Part shown: positions 19,001 through 29,039 of the stretch, piece after piece
Layout: every line of letters starts with the position of its first letter
How positions within the stretch are numbered: the stretch's first letter is position 1
NCBI GenBank assembly: GCA_964016885.1
Contig: OZ024755.1
Coordinates: forward strand, 868,001-932,000
DNA: 64,000 nt
Source of the DNA: Eledone cirrhosa
Lineage: Eukaryota
Direction of reading: 5' to 3'
The notes under the pieces: model-generated
Seen by the model: the letters and a program-made list of their open reading frames with translations, nothing else
Told to the model about the DNA's origin: nothing
Database searches by the model: none
Translations under genes and position numbers: made by a program

Positions 19001-22000
19001 CTCATAATAAAAATACAAGTAACCTGATTCTATGATTTCTTTTTAGCAAGTATTGTTAGGTGTGATATCTACTTGACAAGAAATTGAGGAAAGCATGCTA
19101 TGATATATTATCTAAAAATAGAACATAAACAGTAGTTGACACAAGGAAGGAGCTTCTATACAGTTACTCAATCTGCAAGAAATAGCAGCCAAATCTCCCT
19201 CAAAACAAAACATATCTTACAATCTTGAAAAGGGTGGAATGCATGAGATAATGTGGTCTTAAATGCAATGTCTGAAAATATGACAGGATAGCCATGGATG
19301 GAATGCCTTTCATTATAAATCTGCTCATTCACAGCTCACCTGAGACTAAACAACACTATAGGAAAAAAGCACAGTTTTAAGACAATATTGTGGGAATGGA
19401 CCTTGTCTTTAAGCCAGGCAACAAATATGTTTCAATCTTATCAGATTTCATTAGGGAAATAAATTCAATTAGCAAGTACATTTTAACCCCTTTCATATCA
19501 AACTGACTCGAATGGTTTGTTTTAAGGTGTTTATATTTATCTAAAAATCTTCTACCATAATTCTATGTAAGAATCTTTGTTAGATTAGGTTTCAAACATG
19601 ACATAAATAATGAAAAAGTTAGTTATATTATTAAATCCTTCCAAATACTAGGCAGTATCTTTCATTGGAAATATGTTAATAAAAGGGTTAACATCATAGC
19701 TACATAGCTACATTAAGTTAATATTTGTAATGCAAAGACAGCATAATATTTCCTATCTACACCTACTCATATATACAGTTTTCTTTGTTTTCCATCCTTT
19801 CATTATTGGTGACATTAGTGATAGCAGTAGTGAGAGGAAGGGGTGCTAAATGTATCACTTACTGTAGTTCCTTCACCAAGGACAGTGTCTCCAGAGAAAA
19901 CCACAGCTTCTTCTTTCATTTCAAGTATAATATGGTCCTCAGAATGTCCAGGTGTGTGGATTGCTCTACAAGAAGGAAATGGAAAATATCAACCAACCAC
20001 TTCAATTCTATTTTTACAAAGAGGACTGGATAATTTGGATCTTTATAATAAGTCTTGCAATTTTCCAATTCCTTTCCCAATTAGAAACAAAGGTAATTCA
20101 AAAGGCGATTGTTGTTGTCATCATCATCATTTTACGTCACTTTTCCCTGCTTGCAAGGGTGGGACGGGTCCTATTCAGCACAGCATCTTTCTACTTTTGT
20201 CACGGTCCTTCGTCATCTCCGTGAGCTTCAGCGATCTGAGGTCTGCTCACACCACCTCCGTCCATGTCATTGTTTTAAATATTTTAGTTTTATTCCAATG
20301 ACATCCAAACCTTCTCTACTTTATCAAATTATCATCATTCACTCAACCATGACATTTATTTACACTCCTCTTGTTTTGTTAAACACTAGAATTAAATGTG
20401 GTGAGAGACCAGAAGCTACTACAGTGTCTGGCAGTTGATCAAACATAATGTAGTGTTTAAGAAGACTCTTCAATATGGATGATAATATGACAACTTCTCT
20501 AGTGTTGGTGCCATGATAAAATACACCCAGTACACTCTGTAAAGTGGTAGTGGTGGTGTCATAAAATACACCCAGTACACTCTGTAAAGTGGGAGTGCTG
20601 GTGCCATAAAATACACCCAGTACACTCTATTAAGGTGGTAGTGGTGGTATCATGATAAAATACACCCTGTACACTCTGTAAAGTGGTAGTGGTGATGTCA
20701 TGATAAAATACACCCTGTACACTCTGTAAAGTGGTAGTGTTGGTGTCATGATAAAATACACCCTGTACACTCTGTAAAGTGGTAGTGTTGGTGTCATGAT
20801 AAAATACACCCAGTACACTCTGTAAAGTGGTAGTGCTGGTGTCATGATAAAATACACCCTGCACGCTCTGTAAAGTGGTAGTGCTGGTGTCATGATAAAA
20901 TACACCCTGCACACTCTGTAAAGTGGTAGTGCTGGTACCACAAAAAATATGTTATTAAAATTATCAAGGTTTCTTTGTTCTTGTTTATATTTTAATAAAA
21001 AAAAAAGAATTAAACAAAATATACAAACTGTAATGAAACATCTCCTGTGGAGAAAGTGTCTTTATCTTTGATGAAGTTTAATGAATCGATCCCCATGTAA
21101 CTTTCAGTAGGTTGTAGTTTGGGGAATTTATAGACTTTTGCAGAGGAAGCTAAACAAAAAAATGAAAAAAAAAAAATGAAAAGTTTTCCACAAAGAAGAG
21201 TTACTAAATATATAACTAATATATATAAATGTAATAATTAATATAATAAATGTAATTATATGGTATGGTCCCGTAACTGTATTGACATACAGCATTTTGG
21301 AAGGTATTTAAGCCTAGCACAACCCATCTACTGTCCAGGCCTGAGTACAGCAGATTTCTTCCAGAGAAGGATAGAGAGAGAGAGAGAGGAAGTGAGAAAG
21401 AGATATGGAGGAAAAATCAACCCCAGTACTTGACTGGTACTTTTTTATCAACCTCGAAAGGATGAAAAGCAAAGTTGATCTGAGAGGGACTTGTACTCAG
21501 AGAGCTGGAACGAATATCACAAAACATTTGGGTGTTGAGATTTTAATACCTGGCCTGGGGGCTTTTACCAGCTTTGGAGGTGAGGTACAGACAGTACGTC
21601 TCTGTTTATGATTCAAAATCTAAAATGTTTTGATTAAAAACAATTACCTTCTTGCACATTTTGTAAAATATTTTTTACCCCGCCAATATGATCGGGATGC
21701 CAGTGAGTGATGATTATGTCAGTTATTGACCATTTATTGGTCTTCATAACTGATTGAAGGAGGGAAATATATTCGGAATTATCTGCTTCACCAGCATCAA
21801 TCAATATTTTCCTGGAAAAATAAAGTTAGACATTGATACAAGAATTTGAAATAATCTTTTCTAGTTCAGGCACAAGGCCAGCAATTGTGTGGCTCAGAGA
21901 AAAGATTATATCAGCCCTGGGACACAACTGGTACTTTATTGACCCTGGAAGGAGGAAAGGCAACGTTGACCCTGGTAGAGTCAATAACATAATCAAACAA

Positions 22001-23519
22001 TGTTATGGTATTTCAGAAACACTGTTTTATTCTTTATGATGATGATCACTGATAACAAAAAACATTTATTTTATTCTATGTTAAACAACTATGAGGGTCT
22101 TCCTTTTCTGGGACTCATATCAGACTTCATTGATTTGGTGAGTTTATTAGTGGATACCAAATAACTAGTCTTTACTGGGGCGTGGGGCATGTTGGTTTCG
22201 AAAGAAATTCATTAACCCTGAACACCTTTTTGTATTCCATGTGCCTAACACCTGTGTACATGCCTACAAAGTCAGAAAACAGCACAGCTCCCATGACTTT
22301 CGGAAACATTTTTTCACACTCAAAGTTGCTGAAGCATGGAACAAACTACCTGCATCAGTTGTTAGCTGTCGAGACACTGCATCCTTTAAAACCTCCATAC
22401 TGCCTGAAATTCACCAACACTACACCTAATATTCCCCCTCCCTACACATGCATATCATGACTCATACACTGTTCACTTTCCTGACATTTGTACATTATTC
22501 TTTGTACTATACATGCACCTGAGCACTGTACACAATAATTTTATTATATAAATATATCATTCATAAAAATAAAAATAAAAAAGGTCATAAATAAATAGTT
22601 CAGTTTATTGACTTTAATAAATTCAAAAGGTGAAGATACAAAGTAAAAACATCTTATACGGTGTCTAAAATTGTATTAAAGGAAGGCTCCGGTACCCCTT
22701 GTGGCGTATAAACGCACAGTGTTGACAAAATATTGCATTTCGTTTCTATATTTTCATATATATTTAAAACATATTTGTTGTTATTCCTCTGTAAATTTAT
22801 TTATATGCTCTGTTTATTCTGAAAGAATTGCAAACGATTTGTAATGTTATTTATACAACTATGAATAAATTGAGTTTTATATGTATTTTCATGTGAAATA
22901 TTTATGTAATTAACACAATATGTGTGTGTGTGTTGAATTTTAACAACTATGGCATTGGTGTTTCTAATTCCAAGTTATCTATATTGTAGACATATTTATT
23001 TGAGAGAGCAAAATGGGAACTTTGTTATTGTGTAATTTCATGTACATCGTTTATTTCGATATTATAAAAATGGCCCAAAAGTCGCGATACATAAACAAAT
23101 AATAATAATTATGTTTTATAAGACAATTTATTCAAAATAAATAAATATGAAAACTTAAAAATTTCCTATGTATTGCGACTTTTTGGGTTGCCTTGTTTAT
23201 ATCTTTTATATACCTAAAGTCAAATATTCCGATCTTCCGATAAGACAGCTCCATAAGAATAGAATCATATTAGAAGTTGTAAAAATAATCAAATATAAAT
23301 AACTACAATATTTTTTATTATAAAATCTGTTTTATCAAAGTTCGTCTAAGGCGAAATGTTAACAAGGTTATAAATGTAGAAAACAGCGTTACTGTACCTA
23401 TTGTTTTTACCTACTAAATATGTGTTTGTACCCTGCAGTGTCATGTGACTTGGATTGCATCCAAGAATACGTGTAACACATGATGAAATCTTCTCAACTT
23501 TGGGGATGAAAGTAGTCAT
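16023..23519 (-). CDS. LACTB2: Endoribonuclease LACTB2 (metallo-beta-lactamase fold), 7 coding exons, 292 aa
   Basis: Exons 23519-23398, 21811-21648, 21149-21029, 19965-19863, 18339-18115, 17483-17402, 16084-16023. All introns GT-AG, phases consistent, 879 nt total. Motifs [37 protein letters not shown] (HxHxDH), [45 protein letters not shown] parallel vertebrate LACTB2. Confidence 0.96.
16190..17120 (-). mobile_element. degenerate, internally deleted CR1 LINE RT fragments in LACTB2 intron 6
   Basis: [73 protein letters not shown]. Confidence 0.85.
17122..17365 (+). mobile_element. RTE LINE 3' fragment
   Basis: [26 protein letters not shown] followed by a (GAT)n tail. Confidence 0.8.
17402..17483 (-). 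CDS. LACTB2: LACTB2 coding exon 6 ([27 protein letters not shown])
   Basis: TTGCAG acceptor, GTAAGT donor. Confidence 0.9.
18115..18339 (-). CDS. LACTB2: LACTB2 coding exon 5 ([12 protein letters not shown]...YPGHGPVV...EKVYK)
   Basis: TTTCAG acceptor, GTAAGA donor; lies within ORF 18085-18384. Confidence 0.95.
19863..19965 (-). CDS. LACTB2: LACTB2 coding exon 4 ([11 protein letters not shown]...[12 protein letters not shown])
   Basis: TTGTAG acceptor, GTAAGT donor. Confidence 0.95.
20118..20268 (-). mobile_element. RTE LINE 3'-end fragment
   Basis: Reverse-complement similarity to the 3' end of 30275-30641. Confidence 0.75.
20500..20942. repeat. 48-bp minisatellite (~9 units) derived from a SINE internal segment
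   Basis: Unit GTCATGATAAAATACACCCTGTACACTCTGTAAAGTGGTAGTGTTGGT. The same motif occurs singly in SINE copies, e.g. 60465-60500. Confidence 0.9.
21029..21149 (-). CDS. LACTB2: LACTB2 coding exon 3 ([13 protein letters not shown]...[14 protein letters not shown])
   Basis: TTGTTTAG acceptor and GTTTGT donor; phases 1 to 2 fit the neighbouring exons. Confidence 0.88.
21648..21811 (-). CDS. LACTB2: LACTB2 coding exon 2 (KILIDAGE...[10 protein letters not shown])
   Basis: TTCCAG acceptor, GTAATT donor, zinc-binding HxHxDH motif. Confidence 0.96.
22245..22548 (+). mobile_element. CR1 LINE 3' end
   Basis: [30 protein letters not shown] followed by a UTR and (TTA)n tail. Confidence 0.85.
23398..23519 (-). 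CDS. LACTB2: LACTB2 coding exon 1 ([40 protein letters not shown])
   Basis: ATG at 23519-23517, GTACAG donor. Confidence 0.95.
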
Positions 23520-23920
23520 CGTTGGACTCTGTTTATAATTCTTCTACGACTGCAATTACAGATATTTTTCGTGTCTTGGAGTGTTGGATCGAAATATATC
23601 CAGAGTTACCTCCCCCGACACACTTGTTTTTATTATTGTTTTATTTTTTATGTAGATCTAAAATAATTTGTGTCGTATGTAAGCGACTGGAAAGTTGATA
23701 GACTGACCAAGATACTCTCATGGAATCACCAAATGAGGTTTATTTTTCAACATACTCTCTGGAAAGAAACAATGCAGTTATTAATAAGAAGAGTTCAAAG
23801 TAATGCATGCAAGATTTTACAGATTTTGCATCATTCCTTCATAGTCGGCCTATGAACTTTTCATGATTAAATAAATAAATATTTTCTAAATTATTTCGGA
23901 AGAGGAAGACCAAGGTTAAC

Positions 23921-23962
<42 letters not shown>

Positions 23963-24233
23963 CTATATGTATATATATATTTATTTGTGTGTGTATTTTA
24001 TTGTGACGACTGTTAGGGAAATACATGACTATATTTTATGTTTATATACAGTGTTACATTGAAAATCAGAATCGTAACACTTTCGTTACGACTGTTCCAC
24101 GCTACTTTTTGTATCAACGCTCAACCTACAGCGTGTAACGTTGGCAAATTTGTTCATTCAGTCCGTTGTGTAAAGAAAGACCTGCAGCACAATTTGATGC
24201 AGTTGGAAAGTTCCTCCCTGCATTTATTCCACG
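23520..24233. promoter_or_regulatory. putative bidirectional promoter and 5' UTRs of LACTB2 and ADPGK
   Basis: 714 bp between divergent start codons, locally richer in CpG, with a central (TA)n tract. Confidence 0.65.
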
Positions 24234-24589
24234 ATGCAGATCTGCGACTGGAGGATAATCGGTGGCATTATTATACCTGTTGTTGTTTTGTTCGTTGATG
24301 TTTATTTTTATAATAAACATGGTAAAGAAATAACGGAAGCTAAACACAGCCTGGATGAGATCCTGTCTGGACTTCTCCGAGCTGAAAAGAAAGTTGATAA
24401 CCCTTCAAGGCCGCGAGTGGCACTAGGACTTGGTGGGTGTCTAGACTTAACTGTCAGAGCTTTAGATTTATTTCAAAAATTGGGATTCGATCCATCGAAT
24501 AATTCCGATGTACATCATAAATCGATAGGTTCCTCAGTTGAATTAGAACAATTATTTACTTATTTCTTTAAATACGGAGCTGCTGCAGA
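24234..24589 (+). CDS. ADPGK: ADPGK coding exon 1
   Basis: ORF 24234 ending GCTGCAGA|GTAAGT. Confidence 0.95.
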
Positions 24590-24598
24590 GTAAGTACC

Positions 24599-24634
<36 letters not shown>

Positions 24635-25086
24635 GCGTGAAACTAATATATTTCTTCGTTGTCCTGTGTCGTTTGCTTTGTTATTTCTGTTTACTTTTTA
24701 CATACATTACACACACATATATATATATAAACAATGAGTTAATTGGTTTGTTGATTATTAAACAAAGTTAATTTTACAACAGGTTAGAAGCACTCAACGA
24801 GATTTATCCGGAATATCATTAATATGATTGATATTATATATATATATATAGATATGTGTGAATATATATATTTAAAGTTTGGGTATATATATATACACCT
24901 CTTTACTTAATATAAAATAACTTCTACGGGACTAGAACTGTTTAATTCGTATGAAATCAACAAGAATGAAACGAAACAGTTCTATTCTTGTAGAAGTCGT
25001 TTCCATTTCTACATATTTCTATATATAATAAATATGCTTACACTCTACTAATGTATTGAGTACCTTTCTTAATATTACTTGGGATA

Positions 25087-25143
<57 letters not shown>

Positions 25144-25822
25144 TGTGTGCAAAAGAAAACTTTATTTTCCAAACTTGTACCATTTAAATATAAAAATGTT
25201 TATAAAACGCTTCTAAAAGTTGAAATGTTTTTAAATTTGCTGACTAAACAGAAAGTGAAATGTTTTCTGTAATTGAAGCAAGACAGCTGTGAATGTTTAC
25301 AAATATTTATATAATGTACTCAATCAATTTGTGAGGTTCCTAGCAATAATTTATTGTAGTTATGTTTATATTTTCATTCTGTAAGAACTATAAACAATTT
25401 GTAATGCAACTGTGAATATATTACATGTTTTTCTGTCCTAATATTTCTGGACTTGTTTTGCTGTGAAAGTTCCCCAGAGTCCAAGGAAGAGATTTTTTTA
25501 AGTCCAGAAATATTAGGATAAAAAAAAAAGACAATTATAATAATTATTATCGGGTAACCCAAACTTTTTCATTGTCTCTATTTCACGTTGTCTTTTCTTT
25601 GTTATATATATCATTTTATATATTATATTAGAAAGAGTCGGAACCCTACGGCTGAGCTCTTGCCGTTTCAACAACCAGTTTCTGTCTGAAACTAGTTGTT
25701 GAAAAGGCAAGAATTCAGCCGTAGGGTTCCGACCCTTTCTAATATAGCCATACTCTACTATCCCAAGTATCGAGTACTCTATTGAGTAATGGTCTAACTA
25801 GTTTAAAACTGGTTCTTTCCTG

Positions 25823-25865
<43 letters not shown>

Positions 25866-25944
25866 GGATGTCCCCCCCCCCAAAAAAAAATGTATATACA
25901 TTTCAACAGCATTCTAATCAAAGTGTGTATACATTTTTGGCGCA

Positions 25945-25975
<31 letters not shown>

Positions 25976-28900
25976 CACACATACAAGCTGGGGGTACTTT
26001 GTCCTTCATCTTCATAAACAACTGATATTTTCAGTTTTCGATGAACAAGAAAACTTTCAAATGTGTAATAATATAAAAGAAGGATTAATATTTCTAGAAA
26101 TTAGTCTATACTATGTTTAATTACCAAACATATATATATATAACATATACTATGTTAAATTACCAAAGAAAGCGTAGAATAGATGTACCGCAATATAATG
26201 CTGACAGTTACTTAAAATCAACGAAGCGAGAAGTTATCTTTTGTTTTCCTCTAAAAACTGTGAAAGTTTGGAGTCATTATGTTTTCTTGCTTTTTGTCTT
26301 TCATCCTTACGGGGTCGATAAAATAAAGTACCAGTAATGCACTGAGTAATTGCTGGCCTTGTGCCTAAAGTAGAATCAATTATATATTTATATATATTTC
26401 ATTATATATTTATATATGTTTCATTATATATTTATATATGTTTCATTATATATTTATATATGTTTCATTATATATTTATATATATTTCATTATATATTTA
26501 TATGTTTCATTATATATTTATATATATTTCATTATATATTTATATATATTTCATTATATATTTATATATATTTCATTATATATTTATATATATTTCATTA
26601 TATATTTATATATATTTTATTATATATTTATATGTTTCATTATATATTTATATATATTTCATTATATATTGTGACGGCGATGAATTTGTTTTGCGAGGTT
26701 TTTTATATGAAATCGTGTGTCGAAACAAATATTGTTATACTTGGGGAGGGTCATATTGTTGTAATAATTGTTTCTACTTTTGACACAAGGCCAGCAAATA
26801 CTCAGTACATTACTGGTACTTTATTTTATCGACGCCGTAAGGATGAAAGGCAAAGTTAACCTCGGCGGGATTTGAACTCAGATCATAAAGGGACATAACT
26901 CTATGCTTCAAAACGTGGTGTAATAATATTGGCAGAAATAATAACAGAACACACTCATCACTGTATCTTTTATATCTCCATAGTTAATTTATTTGGCAAT
27001 CAACGTTTATCATTTCTAGCAATAATTAAGTGATTATATATATATTTATTTAATCTTATATATTTGTTATATAAGTAAGAACTTATTTCGCTTTCATTGT
27101 ATGTGTGTGTAAGGTTCCTAGCAACACTTAATTGGTTATACAGGGTGTCTCAAAAAATATATACACACTTTGATTACCTGTACAGGCAATATTTATTAGA
27201 ATGCTGTAGAAGTGTGTATATATTTTGGAGGGACACCCTGTATATATGTATTTCTGTTTAGTCTTATATATTTGTTATATGATCATAATAAAATAAACTT
27301 TTTTCTTTTGCTTTTCCTTCGGAATTACTTAACACATAAAATAATCTATATATATAAAACTGTGGTTGTCTGTCTGTCTATCGATTTTTGGCACACATCT
27401 CCTCTTAGAATCTCTCACGGAATTGCACCGAAATTGCTATACTTGTACATTGAGCCCTAGCGAAGACATCGGAAAAAAAAAATTTCAAATTGACCCACCC
27501 TATCTGACGAAATCGAATATAATGCATCGATTTTTGAGCGTAAGTTATCAGTTATTTCCCTTTGTTCTGTTTACATTGAGCGTCTTACGTAAAAAATTAC
27601 GCTGGCTTTAACAGTTGTCGAGCCAGCAAAATATTGACCTGCAAAATTCATCAGTTCGAACACTAAGCTTCCGTTTTGCTTCATTTCCATTTAAAAGCAT
27701 TTTAAAACAATATTTTTACTTGAAAACAAGTCTATTTAAAGACTACGTAAAACAAGCAAATATTTCGTCGTTAGGCGTGCAGACAGATAGTTGTGCAGAG
27801 AGGTGATATACGCGTGCAGACAGACAGTCGTGCAGAGAGGTGATATAGGCGTGCAGACAGATAGTCGTGCAGAGAGGTGATATAGGCGTGCAGACAGACA
27901 TAACTGATAATTTGGTTACGCTAATGTTTTTCTCTGCGTTGCAGTGTTTACATTTTCGATCTTTGTTAATAAATAACCAGTGCAGTTTCTATCCCCAGCA
28001 TCCTCTTTTGTTATAACATTCGGGTTATCGTTATGTTTTCTTAACTTCATAAGGCATATTGTTGGTTGAGGGAATATTAATCAAAAACACCACATGCAAG
28101 TCTGCACAGTAGACACTACAGTTTTTAAGCCAAGAAAGAAACTTAACATTGTAACTTTAACACAGCTACTGAGCGACCCCGAGCAACGCCGGGCTTTACT
28201 GCTAGTCTATACTAAAACAATGGTAAAAAAAAAACGTTAAACAAAAGGAATATTTTTATTTAATTTATTTTTTGGTATTAATAAAACAAGGAGACGTGGT
28301 AGTCCACTAAACAGGTTTCTTCTGTTAAGGGTGGGAAGATATTTCACTTTATTCTCACATTTATGGAACTATTGGGATAGGGGTTTTAAATAAAGTGATT
28401 GTCTCTCAAACTGATGTAGACACAAGACCAACAATTTTGTGTGAGAGGAAAGTCGATTAAGTTGACTCCAGTACGTTACTGGTATTTTATCAACCCCTCG
28501 CAAGGATGAAAGGTAAAGATAACTTCGAATAATGAAAACTAATAACATGATCGATGGAAACTGGATATGGACAAAACCCCGCAGGAAATAGTGAATTCAT
28601 TCATAATAAAGTGTGTATATGCAGAGTGTCCCTAAAAATGTATACATACTTTAATTGCTTTGTTATTGAAGTGTGTATGCATTTTCCTGGGACACCCTGT
28701 ATTAGCCGAGCACAGAAGGATCATATATTTGTGGGGGGGTTTGAAATAAGCAATATAAACCCCCAAACGTATTAGATGTTACTAACAGAAAGTTAAAGAT
28801 GATGTAATTAGTTTTGTTTTTTCAAAATTGGGCCACATTTTTACCTGGGAGCATGGGAACGAAAAGGTGTCGAAATTGTAATAACCCCAATTATCTCTAG

Positions 28901-29001
28901 CAACAGCTTGTATAAAATGTTATACATTATTTATGTTCTGTGCTCTCTCTCTATATATATATATAAACGTTTGTAAACAATGCAGGTATGGACTATAACC
29001 T

Positions 29002-29039
<38 letters not shown>

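Noticed and set aside
25624-25746. pre-miRNA interpretation of the long hairpins (also 29387-29489)
   Set aside because: Arms are too long and perfect, no mature miRNA is recognisable, and a shared retroelement-like tail explains them better. Small-RNA production is not excluded.
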